In this document: positions 5,495-13,897 of the stretch, one piece after another
Position numbering within the stretch: position 1 is the first letter of the stretch
Layout of the letters: every line of letters starts with the position of its first letter
Source of the DNA: a virus
Taxonomy: Duplodnaviria > Caudoviricetes
IMG/VR virus record: IMGVR_UViG_3300009184_000142
Coordinates: 1 to 29,806 of that record
Strand: one strand, 5' to 3'
Length of the DNA: 29,806 nt
Position numbers and translations under genes: made by a program
Notes under the pieces: model-generated
Databases searched by the model: none
Told to the model about the DNA's origin: nothing
What the model saw: the letters and a program-made list of their open reading frames with translations, nothing else

Positions 5495-5910
5495 TGCCCA
5501 GTGTCGCCGCCGGATACCCGAAAGGCTATTATGGTGTGGGGTTGCGCGAGCAACTTTACCCCGGCGAAGAGACGTATTTTAAAGCCAACCCAAATGTGGC
5601 CGGCATGGCGGCGGAAGATGACCACATCATCCTGAACCCGTACAGCACACTGTCGCAGACCGAGAAGAACGCGGTAATGATGAACGAAGCGGCGCGCGTT
5701 CACATGCGGCGCGGGCTTGTAGAACCTCCTCGGTTCGATCTGACGCCGGAACAAGAGAAGGCGTTTTCCACTTACGGCGACCGCAAGCTGGACACCATGC
5801 GGCAGACGCTGGCCGCGCGCATCCTGTCTGGTGACCCGTCAGCGTTGAAGCCGACAGCGGATCAGCTTGAATACGTCAAGCGTTTGCGCCAGTTCATGGG
5901 TACAAAGTGA
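5494..5910 (+). CDS. Conserved phage hypothetical protein, 138 aa
   Basis: TAATG overlap with terL stop gives start at 5494; codon usage like neighbours. Confidence 0.8.
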   Translation: MPSVAAGYPKGYYGVGLREQLYPGEETYFKANPNVAGMAAEDDHIILNPYSTLSQTEKNAVMMNEAARVHMRRGLVEPPRFDLTPEQEKAFSTYGDRKLDTMRQTLAARILSGDPSALKPTADQLEYVKRLRQFMGTK

Positions 5911-6188
5911 TGGCCGATAAGCCCATCTCGCGCACGACCAAGGGTAAAAACGCGCACTATCAGCCTACGTCTCAGGGCGCGGGCATGACCGAGGCAGGCC
6001 GCAGGGCGTACAACGCCAAGAACGGGTCCAATTTGAAGGCGCCAGCGCCCAACCCCAAGACTAAGGCCGACGCAGGCCGCAAAGCCTCGTTCTGCGCGCG
6101 TATGTCGGGGATGCCGGGGCCAATGAAGGACGACAAAGGCCAACCAACCCGCAAAGCGGCGTCTCTCAAGCGGTGGAACTGCAAATGA
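5910..6188 (+). CDS. Small basic phage protein (RKxSFCARM...LKRWxC, DUF6321-like)
   Basis: Recognisable motif; TGATG coupling. Confidence 0.85.
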   Translation: MADKPISRTTKGKNAHYQPTSQGAGMTEAGRRAYNAKNGSNLKAPAPNPKTKADAGRKASFCARMSGMPGPMKDDKGQPTRKAASLKRWNCK

Positions 6189-6337
6189 AGCCAGGTCTGT
6201 ACGCCAACATTAACGCCAAAAAGGACCGTATTGCAGCCGGTTCCAAGGAAACAATGCGTAAACCGGGTGCTAAAGGCGCCCCCACTGCAAAAGCGTTCAA
6301 AGACTCCGCCAAGACGGCAAAACCAAGGAAATCGTAA
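6185..6337 (+). CDS. 50-aa Lys-rich conserved phage protein (MKPGLYANINAKKDRIAAGSKETMRKPGAKGAPTAKAFKDSAKTAKPRKS), not in ORF track
   Basis: Manual translation; ATGA overlap; recognisable GLYANI motif. Confidence 0.85.
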   Translation: MKPGLYANINAKKDRIAAGSKETMRKPGAKGAPTAKAFKDSAKTAKPRKS

Positions 6338-6338
6338 A

Positions 6339-6767
6339 ATGGCAAATACCAAGCCCATCGGCGTAGCCTACGCTGACCAGGACATCACCGGCGCAGATAC
6401 CGTTACCGCAGCCGCCGTTTACGCAAGCACGGAACTGGGCTACACCAGCACCGCGCAGGGTACCGTGACGCAGGCGACCAGCAAGTCCACTGGCGTGACG
6501 CTCAACAAGAGTGCAGGCCGCATCACGATGAACGGCGCAGCGCTTGCAGGCGCCACGGCGGTCAGTTTCACGCTGACCAACAGCCAGATTAGCGTCAAAG
6601 ACGTGCTTGTCGTCAACGTGTCGGACGTAGGCACGGCAGCAGCGTACACGGTCTATGTCAGCAGTCTGGCCGCAGGGTCAGCCGTTATTACGCTCCGCAA
6701 TATGACTGCTTCTACGTCGTTGTCAGAAGCCGTCGTCATCAACTTCGCCATCATCCACGGTCAGTAA
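6339..6767 (+). CDS. Beta-rich virion protein, 142 aa, homologous to C-terminal domain of the 15416-17443 fibre
   Basis: Start corrected to MANTKPIG with AAGGA SD; internal similarity. Confidence 0.85.
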   Translation: MANTKPIGVAYADQDITGADTVTAAAVYASTELGYTSTAQGTVTQATSKSTGVTLNKSAGRITMNGAALAGATAVSFTLTNSQISVKDVLVVNVSDVGTAAAYTVYVSSLAAGSAVITLRNMTASTSLSEAVVINFAIIHGQ

Positions 6768-6768
6768 G

Positions 6769-6912
6769 ATGCCGTTGGTGAAGTCAACCAGCAAGAACGC
6801 GTTCCGCAAGAACGTGAAGGCTGAAGTCATGGCGGGCAAGCCGGTGAAGCAGGCAGTTGCGATTGCCTACGCCACCAAGCGCGGCGCCATGACACCCAAG
6901 AAGGGCAAGTAA
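6769..6912 (+). CDS. 47-aa basic protein with KQAVAIAY motif (DUF6496-like), not in ORF track
   Basis: Manual translation MPLVKSTSKNAFRKNVKAEVMAGKPVKQAVAIAYATKRGAMTPKKGK; TAATG coupling to portal. Confidence 0.85.
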   Translation: MPLVKSTSKNAFRKNVKAEVMAGKPVKQAVAIAYATKRGAMTPKKGK

Positions 6913-9158
6913 TGGCTGCGAGCGACGTTGCATCAGCGGGTGTTGTGTCTGGCGGTGGTGACCGCAAGGACATGCTCAACACCATGCGTAGCCGCTTCAC
7001 AATGGCTATCTCCGCGTATTCGGAGAGCCGTGAAGATGAACTGGATGACCTCCGGTTCATGGCTGGCAGCCCCGATAACCAGTGGCAGTGGCCGGCTGAC
7101 GTGCTGGCTACGCGCGGGTCTGTTCAGGGCCAGACGATCAACGCTCGCCCGTGCCTGACCATCAACAAGCTGCCGCAGCACGTTCGCCAGGTCACGAACG
7201 AACAGCGGCAGAACCGGCCCACCGGCAAGGTAATCCCGGCGGACGACAAGGGCGACGTCGAGGTTGCCGAGATCTTCAACGGCATGATCCGGCACATCGA
7301 GTATCTGTCGGACGCCGACGTGGCCTACGACACCGCGTGCGACAACCAGGTCACGTTCGGTGAGGGCTACATCCGCATCCTGACCGAGTATTGCTACGAA
7401 GACAGTTTCGATCAGGACATCAAGATTGGCCGGGTGCGAAACTCGTTCTCGGTCTACATGGACCCCATGATCCAAGATCCCTGTGGGTCCGACGCGGAAT
7501 GGTGCTTTGTCACCCAAGACATGCTCAAGACCGACTACGAGCGCGAGTTTCCCGACGCCTCGCCGGTCAGTTCCATGCTCAGTCAGAGTGTAGGCGACGA
7601 GTCTATGGCCCAGTGGGTATCGGAAGACACGATCCGCATCGCGGAATACTTCTACCACGACCACAAGCCCGACACGCTGCACCTGTACCCCGACAACATC
7701 ACGGCTTTCCAAGGCACGCCCAAGGACAAGCAGCTTCGTGCTATGTTCGGCAAGCCTGTCCGCACCCGGCGCGTAGACCGCAAGCGGGTCATGTGGGTAA
7801 AGACCAACGGCTACGAGGTGCTGGAAGAGCGCGAGTGGGCGGGCAGGTACATCCCCATCGTGCGCGTCGTCGGCAACGAGTTCGAGGTCGATGGCCGGCT
7901 GTATGTCTCTGGCCTGATCCGCAACGCCAAAGACGCCCAGCGCATGTACAACTACTGGGTCAGCCAGGAAGCAGAGATGCTGGCGCTGGCGCCCAAGGCC
8001 CCGTTCATTGGCTATGGCGGCCAGTTCGAGGGCTACGAACAGCAGTGGAAGACCGCCAACACGACCAACTGGCCTTACCTAGAGGTCAATCCTGACGTCA
8101 CAGACGGTCAAGGAGGCAGTATGCCGCTTCCGCAGCGCGCTGCCCCGCCGCTCGCTCAGACTGGCCTGATACAGGCAAAAATGGGCGCTGGTGAGGACAT
8201 CAAGGCCACCACCGGCCAGTACGATGCCAGTCTGGGCCAGCAGGGCAACGAGCGGTCGGGCAAGGCCATTCTGGCCCGCGAGAAGCAAGGTGACACGGGC
8301 ACATATCACTACGTGGACAACCTCGCCCGCGCCGTTCGGTACGTTGCCCGGCAGCTTGTGGACATGATCCCCAAGATCTACGACACGCAGCGTGTGGCCC
8401 GCATCATCGGCCTCGACGGCGACGTGGACATGGTCAAGATCAACCCGTCACAGCCCGAGGCGGTCAAAAAGATCACCGACGAGAACGGCATCGTGCTGGA
8501 GAAAATCTACAACCCGACCGTGGGCGTCTACGACGTGTGCGTCACCACCGGCCCTGGCTACATGACCAAGCGGCAGGAGGCTCTCGACGCCATGCAGATG
8601 CTGCTTCAAAGCAACCCGCAGCTTTGGACGGTGGCCGGCGATCTGTTCATCCGCAACATGGACTGGCCGGGCGCGCAGGAGATGGCGGCACGGTTTGCCA
8701 AGATCATTGACCCCAAGGTCATGGCCGGTGACGACCAGTCGCCCGAGATGCAGCAGGCCAAGCAGCAGATGGAAGCCATGGGCAAGGAAATGGACCAGAT
8801 GCACCAGATGCTGCAAAACGCCAGCAAGTCCATCGAGGCGCAGGACGCGTCGGTCAAGCAGTTCGAGGCCCAAGTCAAGGCGTACGATGCCGAGACAAAG
8901 CGTATCGCGCTTGTTCAGAACTCTTTGGGGCCAGACCAGATCCACGACATCGTCATGGGCACCCTGCACGCTGCCATCGACACTGGCGACATCGTCGGCA
9001 GTATACCGGGGCTTCCGCCGGGGCGCGGCGGGATGCCGGCTGAACCCGAGACGCCAGCCGAAAACACCATGGAAGGCGGCATGGAAGAGCCGGGCCAGAT
9101 GCCTCCCGCGCAGGGCCAGATGATGCCTCCCCAGATGCCTCCACAAGGAGCAATGTAA
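6912..9158 (+). CDS. P22-like portal protein
   Basis: 748 aa; DDLRF..QW, RPCLTINKL, KDAQRMYNY, SGKAILAR motifs; coiled-coil barrel C-terminus. Confidence 0.95.
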   Translation: MAASDVASAGVVSGGGDRKDMLNTMRSRFTMAISAYSESREDELDDLRFMAGSPDNQWQWPADVLATRGSVQGQTINARPCLTINKLPQHVRQVTNEQRQNRPTGKVIPADDKGDVEVAEIFNGMIRHIEYLSDADVAYDTACDNQVTFGEGYIRILTEYCYEDSFDQDIKIGRVRNSFSVYMDPMIQDPCGSDAEWCFVTQDMLKTDYEREFPDASPVSSMLSQSVGDESMAQWVSEDTIRIAEYFYHDHKPDTLHLYPDNITAFQGTPKDKQLRAMFGKPVRTRRVDRKRVMWVKTNGYEVLEEREWAGRYIPIVRVVGNEFEVDGRLYVSGLIRNAKDAQRMYNYWVSQEAEMLALAPKAPFIGYGGQFEGYEQQWKTANTTNWPYLEVNPDVTDGQGGSMPLPQRAAPPLAQTGLIQAKMGAGEDIKATTGQYDASLGQQGNERSGKAILAREKQGDTGTYHYVDNLARAVRYVARQLVDMIPKIYDTQRVARIIGLDGDVDMVKINPSQPEAVKKITDENGIVLEKIYNPTVGVYDVCVTTGPGYMTKRQEALDAMQMLLQSNPQLWTVAGDLFIRNMDWPGAQEMAARFAKIIDPKVMAGDDQSPEMQQAKQQMEAMGKEMDQMHQMLQNASKSIEAQDASVKQFEAQVKAYDAETKRIALVQNSLGPDQIHDIVMGTLHAAIDTGDIVGSIPGLPPGRGGMPAEPETPAENTMEGGMEEPGQMPPAQGQMMPPQMPPQGAM

Positions 9159-9520
9159 TGAAGTGCGCTGACTTTATCGGGCTGTTCTTTCTTGCGCGCG
9201 ACGTCACGCATTCGGTCCATCTCAACACCCGCAGCTATTCCAAGCACAAGGCGTTGCAGAAGTTCTACGAGGGCATCATCGAGCGGACAGACGATCTGGC
9301 CGAGGCGTATCAGGGCCGGTACGGGCTGCTGGGGCCGATCACGCTCCACTCGGCCAAGACCACATCAAATGTCGTCGATTTCCTGCAAGGGCAGTTGGAC
9401 GAGATCGAGGCCACCCGGTACGACGTGATCCCCAAGACGGACACGGCGCTGCACAACCTCGTTGACAACATCATAGAGTTGTACCTGTCAACTCTTTACA
9501 AACTCCGCTTTCTGTCGTAG
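9158..9520 (+). CDS. Dps/ferritin-like four-helix protein (DUF5856-like)
   Basis: H21, H30, D45-x3-E49 pattern (HLNT...HKALQKFYE...DDLAE) and terminal YKL. Confidence 0.8.
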   Translation: MKCADFIGLFFLARDVTHSVHLNTRSYSKHKALQKFYEGIIERTDDLAEAYQGRYGLLGPITLHSAKTTSNVVDFLQGQLDEIEATRYDVIPKTDTALHNLVDNIIELYLSTLYKLRFLS

Positions 9521-9529
9521 GAGCCTGAC

Positions 9530-9805
9530 ATGGCAAATTATACGCATATCACTGCTACGGCGCAGATCAAGGTTGGTGCTGGCAAGCTGAAGAGCATCTT
9601 TGTCAGTTCCGGCACTAGCCCGACAGTGGCGGTTTACGACACTGATGCTGGCTCGACATCCGGCACCACGTTGATTGCTACTTTCACCCCCGCCACCCCC
9701 GGCATTTACATATTCACTGGCGGGGATGACGGGCTTTACTTCAACAAGGGCTTGTACGTTGTTCTTGGGGGCACTACCCCTAAAGCGACTATTGCGTATG
9801 CCTAA
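9530..9805 (+). CDS. Small beta-rich virion (head decoration-like) protein, 91 aa
   Basis: AGGAG SD; position in head module. Confidence 0.8.
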   Translation: MANYTHITATAQIKVGAGKLKSIFVSSGTSPTVAVYDTDAGSTSGTTLIATFTPATPGIYIFTGGDDGLYFNKGLYVVLGGTTPKATIAYA

Positions 9806-9835
9806 CCGACAGGCCGGATAGCCTGGGGAGTAAAA

Positions 9836-10594
9836 ATGGACGAGAACTCCGTTGACGTGATTAACACCACGTCGGGTCAGGAAGCCACGGCGGCGCCTGA
9901 GCCTGTAGTCACGCCGGGCGAGCAAGAGGATGGCAAATCGTTCACTCAGGAAGAGTTGGACGCTATTGTCACCAAGCGGCTCGCGCGAGAGCAGCGTAAA
10001 TGGGAACGAGAGCAGTCGCGGAGGGCCGTCGAGGTCGCTCCCCCTGTGCAGCTTCCGCCGGTCGATAGTTTTGCTGACGCTCAGAGTTATGCCGAGGCTT
10101 TGGCAGAACAGAAGGCGCAGGAACTGTTGGCCCGCCGGGACGCGGTACAGCAGCAAACGGCTGTTCTGGACGCCTACCACGACCGTGAAGAAGAGGCGCG
10201 GGTAAAGTACGACGACTTCGAGCAAGTCGCCTACAACCCCAACCTCCGCGTCACGGACGCCATGGCCCAGACGATCCAGGCTTCTGACATTGGCCCCGAC
10301 GTAATCTATTACCTCGGTACCAACCCGAAAGAAGCCGACCGTATCGCCCGTCTGCCTGTTCTGCTTCAGGCTAAAGAGATCGGCAGACTGGAGGCAAAAC
10401 TTGTCTCCGACCCGCCGGTCAAACGCACATCCACCGCCCCGGCGCCGATTGCTCCGGTGACTGCCAGGACCACTGGGTCCAACTCGTACGACACCACAGA
10501 CCCGCGTAGTATCAAGTCGATGACTACGTCGGAGTGGATTGAGGCCGAGCGGCAGCGCCAGATCAGGAAGTACGAGGCAGCCAATCGCCGCTGA
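9836..10594 (+). CDS. Scaffolding protein
   Basis: FTQEELDAIV motif, helical, immediately upstream of coat gene. Confidence 0.85.
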   Translation: MDENSVDVINTTSGQEATAAPEPVVTPGEQEDGKSFTQEELDAIVTKRLAREQRKWEREQSRRAVEVAPPVQLPPVDSFADAQSYAEALAEQKAQELLARRDAVQQQTAVLDAYHDREEEARVKYDDFEQVAYNPNLRVTDAMAQTIQASDIGPDVIYYLGTNPKEADRIARLPVLLQAKEIGRLEAKLVSDPPVKRTSTAPAPIAPVTARTTGSNSYDTTDPRSIKSMTTSEWIEAERQRQIRKYEAANRR

Positions 10595-10613
10595 TTGCCC
10601 CTAGGAGGCATCC

Positions 10614-11828
10614 ATGTCTAATTCGATTCTTACTATCGACATGATCACCAGAAAGGCTCTGGAGATCTTTGAGAACAACCTGGTGTTGACCAGGAATGTT
10701 AACCGCCAGTACGACAACTCGTTTGCCGTTGAAGGCGCCAAGATCGGCTCGACCCTCCGCATCCGTCTGCCTGACCGCGCACTGGTGACCGACGGCGCCG
10801 CTCTGCAGGTGCAGGACGACAACGAGCAGTACACGACCCTGACCGTGTCCAGCCAGAAGCACATCGGCGTGAACTTCACCAGCGCCGAACTGACGATGCA
10901 GTTGGATGACTTCGCAGAACGCGTGCTGAAGCCTCGTATCTCGCAGCTCGCCAGCAGCGTCGATAACGACGTGGCGAATGCGTACAAGGGCATCTACGGC
11001 ACTGTCGGCACCCCCGGCACGACCCCGTCCACTTCGCTTGTCCTGCTTCAGGCCCAGCAGAAGCTGAACGAGTACGCTGTTCCCATGGACCCGCGCTACG
11101 CCACCGTCAACCCGGCTGCCAACGCCGGTCTGGTCGAGGGCATGAAGGGTCTGTTTAATCCGACCGACACCATCAGCCGCCAGTTCAAGCAGGGCCTGAT
11201 GGGTCAGGGCGTGCTGGGCTACAATGAGATTGCGATGTCGCAGTCCATTGTGAACCACACGACCGGCTCGCGTTCCACGTCGGACACGATCCTCGTCAAC
11301 GGCGCGATCAGCACGCAGGGCGCGTCCACCATCGCCATCGACGGCGGCACCGGCTCGGCCACGATCAAGCAGGGTGACGTCTTCACCATTGCCAACGTGT
11401 ACGCGGTCAACCCGCAGACCCGTCAGTCCACTGGCTCGCTCCAGCAGTTCGTTGCCACGGCTGACGCCACGGCATCGTCTGGCGCTTGGGCGACTGTGTC
11501 GATCTCCCCGGCGATCTACACCCCGACCAACGCTCTGGCTACCGTGGACTCGTTCCCGGCGGACAACGCGGCGGTCACTTTTGTCGGCGCGGCCTCGACC
11601 CAGTACCCGCAGAACCTCGTCTACCAGAAGGACGCAATCGCGTTCGCCACGGCAGATCTTCTGCTTCCGCAGGGTGTGGACATGGCCTCGCGCCAGGTTC
11701 ACAACGGCATCAGCCTTCGCATTGTCCGTCAGTACGACATCAACAATGACCGGATGCCCTGCCGTATCGACGTGCTTTACGGCTACAGCGTGATCCGCGC
11801 TCCCGCCGCCGTTCGTCTCTGGGGCTAA
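10614..11828 (+). CDS. Major capsid protein, P22 coat (gp5) family
   Basis: 404 aa; NRQYD..F..GAKIG..LRIR.P and RIDVLYG motifs; AGGAGG SD. Confidence 0.95.
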   Translation: MSNSILTIDMITRKALEIFENNLVLTRNVNRQYDNSFAVEGAKIGSTLRIRLPDRALVTDGAALQVQDDNEQYTTLTVSSQKHIGVNFTSAELTMQLDDFAERVLKPRISQLASSVDNDVANAYKGIYGTVGTPGTTPSTSLVLLQAQQKLNEYAVPMDPRYATVNPAANAGLVEGMKGLFNPTDTISRQFKQGLMGQGVLGYNEIAMSQSIVNHTTGSRSTSDTILVNGAISTQGASTIAIDGGTGSATIKQGDVFTIANVYAVNPQTRQSTGSLQQFVATADATASSGAWATVSISPAIYTPTNALATVDSFPADNAAVTFVGAASTQYPQNLVYQKDAIAFATADLLLPQGVDMASRQVHNGISLRIVRQYDINNDRMPCRIDVLYGYSVIRAPAAVRLWG

Positions 11829-11852
11829 TCCCATTTTAGGAAAGGTACTATC

Positions 11853-12254
11853 ATGGCTCTTCCCTCTGTAGGCGGCGGTTACCAGGTTGGTGACGGCAAC
11901 CTGTCTGAAGTGACGCTCGGCGATCAGGGCACCGTTGCCACCGCCACCGCCACTGCCACCCTGACTGTCGCGCAGATCACTGCCGGCATTCTCTCGGCCA
12001 ACCCCAGCACGTCCGCCGCCAGCTACACGCTGCCGACCGGCACGCTGATCGACGCCACGCTGACCAACGCCAAGGTTGGTTCGACGTTCGATCTCGTCAT
12101 TGTCAACCTGGGCACGTCTACCGGCGATATCACAATCGTCGCAGGCACGGGCATTACCCTCGCCGGTTCTGCCACGGTCAATGACGGCACGTCGGCCCAG
12201 ATCCGCTTTGTCCGCACGGACACGGCGGCTTGGACGGCCTACCGTATCGTCTGA
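11853..12254 (+). CDS. Head decoration/cement-like protein
   Basis: Follows coat; T/A/G-rich beta protein; highly-expressed codon style. Confidence 0.75.
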   Translation: MALPSVGGGYQVGDGNLSEVTLGDQGTVATATATATLTVAQITAGILSANPSTSAASYTLPTGTLIDATLTNAKVGSTFDLVIVNLGTSTGDITIVAGTGITLAGSATVNDGTSAQIRFVRTDTAAWTAYRIV

Positions 12255-12260
12255 TATGGC

Positions 12261-12284
12261 TGGGGGCAGCGAAGGCTGCCCCCA
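12261..12284 (+). terminator. GC-rich hairpin after the capsid genes (terminator or mRNA stabiliser; no U-tail)
   Basis: TGGGGGCAGC-GAAG-GCTGCCCCCA 10-bp stem. Confidence 0.5.
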
Positions 12285-12301
12285 CTCATCTGGAGAACAA
12301 C

Positions 12302-12535
12302 ATGCCCATCTATCTTCGCCATCCCACGCACGGCACCAAGGTCGCCAGCATCGAGATGGAAGCCCAGTACGACGAGCAGAACGGCTGGTCACGTTTCGAT
12401 CCCGCAGAGGAGACTGTCACTGAAGAAGAGACTGTCGTTGAAGAAACGCCGGTTGAAGAACAGACTCTCGCGGAACTGGAAAATAATGCTATCGTGAAGA
12501 CGCGCAAGCGCCGCACCACAACCCCCGAGGTCTGA
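12302..12535 (+). CDS. Hypothetical acidic protein, 77 aa (MPIYLRHPTHGTKVA...)
   Basis: GGAG SD at corrected start 12302. Confidence 0.8.
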   Translation: MPIYLRHPTHGTKVASIEMEAQYDEQNGWSRFDPAEETVTEEETVVEETPVEEQTLAELENNAIVKTRKRRTTTPEV

Positions 12536-12536
12536 T

Positions 12537-13250
12537 ATGGCAACCACTGCCGGCGACATCATCAACGGCTCCCTGCGGCTGCTGGGCGTGCTGGCAGAAG
12601 ATGAGACGCCGTCGGCGGCTACGTCGCAAGACGCGTTGTTTGCGATGAACCAGATGATTGATAGCTGGGGCACCGAGAAACTGGCGACGTTCACCACGCT
12701 GGAACAGACGTTCTCGTGGTTGCCGGGCTACATCAGCCAGACGCTTGGCCCGAGCGGTGATTTTGTAGGTGTCCGCCCCGTCCTGATGGATGACGCGACC
12801 TACTTTATTGACCCGGCCAACGGCATCTCGTTTGGCATCAAGATCATCAACCAGCAGCAGTACGATGGTATTGCGGTCAAGACCGTGACCAGTACGTACC
12901 CACAGGTGATGTGGATCAACACCAACTTCCCCAACATCGACATGCACATCTACCCGGTGCCGACCAAGGTGCTGGAATGGCACTTCATTTCGGCAGCGGC
13001 GCTGGACCAGCCGGCTACCCTCGCCACCGATATCCTGTTTCCGCCAGGATACCTGCGGGCGTTCCGCTACAATCTGGCCTGCGAGTTTGCGCCCGAGTTT
13101 GGCATCGAGCCACCGCTTCAGGTCAAACGGATTGCAATGTACTCCAAGCGCAATCTTAAGCGCATCAACAACCCTGACGACATCATGTCGCTGCCCTACA
13201 GCATCGTTGGCACCCGCCAGCGGTTTAATATATTTGCCGGAAATTACTGA
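12537..13250 (+). CDS. Head-to-tail adaptor (P22 gp4-like)
   Basis: TAGDII..SLR.LGV, D.L..MN.M, YNLACE.AP.FG motifs; synteny. Confidence 0.8.
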   Translation: MATTAGDIINGSLRLLGVLAEDETPSAATSQDALFAMNQMIDSWGTEKLATFTTLEQTFSWLPGYISQTLGPSGDFVGVRPVLMDDATYFIDPANGISFGIKIINQQQYDGIAVKTVTSTYPQVMWINTNFPNIDMHIYPVPTKVLEWHFISAAALDQPATLATDILFPPGYLRAFRYNLACEFAPEFGIEPPLQVKRIAMYSKRNLKRINNPDDIMSLPYSIVGTRQRFNIFAGNY

Positions 13251-13897
13251 TGACCGACATCAAGATCTCGGCGCTGCCGGTTGCCACAGCGTCTGCTTCA
13301 ACGGACATCCTGCCCATCGTGCAGGGTGGCACTACCAAGCAGTTGACCAATGCGCTGTTGTTCACCAGTGCCACGTTGGTGACCCCGGCGCTTGGCACGC
13401 CGGCTTCAGGCGTGCTGACCAGTTGCACTGGCCTGCCCATCGCCACGGGCGTATCGGGGCTGGGTACTGGCGCGGCTACGTTCCTTGCCACGCCGACGTC
13501 GGCCAACCTTGCGCTCATGCTTACCGACGAGACGGGCACCGGATCGGCCGTTTTTGCGACCGCTCCGACGTTTACCGGGATGCCGCGTATCCCGGTTGCC
13601 ACAGTAGCAGCCGCAGGCACCACGTTGGCGACTGCCACCTCGATGACGCCAGGCTTCGTGTTGGTCACCGCCGCCGACGCTACAAAGGGCGTTGTCTTGT
13701 CCTCGTCCACGGTGGCGGGCGACGTCTACATCATCAAGAACAACGCTGCCGCGATCCTGAAGGTCTACCCTGTCTCAGGTGGCACCATCAACGCAGGCGC
13801 GGCTAGCGCGGCGCTCTCGGTGGCTGCCAACACGTCCCTTATTCTGGTGGCCTACACCAGCACCGCTGCCTACAGCACCCCGCTCGTACCATCATGA
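13250..13897 (+). CDS. Fibre-like virion protein (N-terminal IKISALP module)
   Basis: T/A/G-rich; LVTPALGTPASG repeat typical of phage fibres. Confidence 0.75.
   Translation: MTDIKISALPVATASASTDILPIVQGGTTKQLTNALLFTSATLVTPALGTPASGVLTSCTGLPIATGVSGLGTGAATFLATPTSANLALMLTDETGTGSAVFATAPTFTGMPRIPVATVAAAGTTLATATSMTPGFVLVTAADATKGVVLSSSTVAGDVYIIKNNAAAILKVYPVSGGTINAGAASAALSVAANTSLILVAYTSTAAYSTPLVPS

Noticed and set aside
6231-6338. N-terminal extension of the 6231-6767 ORF (likewise 25126-25383, 12230-12301, 26891-27199)
   Set aside because: Overlap better-supported genes; downstream ATGs with SD or stop-start coupling are the likely starts.
10563-12392. 609-aa minus-strand ORF, and similar long antisense ORFs over terL, portal, ejection genes and helicase
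   Set aside because: Expected shadow frames of GC-rich, codon-biased genes; no motifs or start signals.
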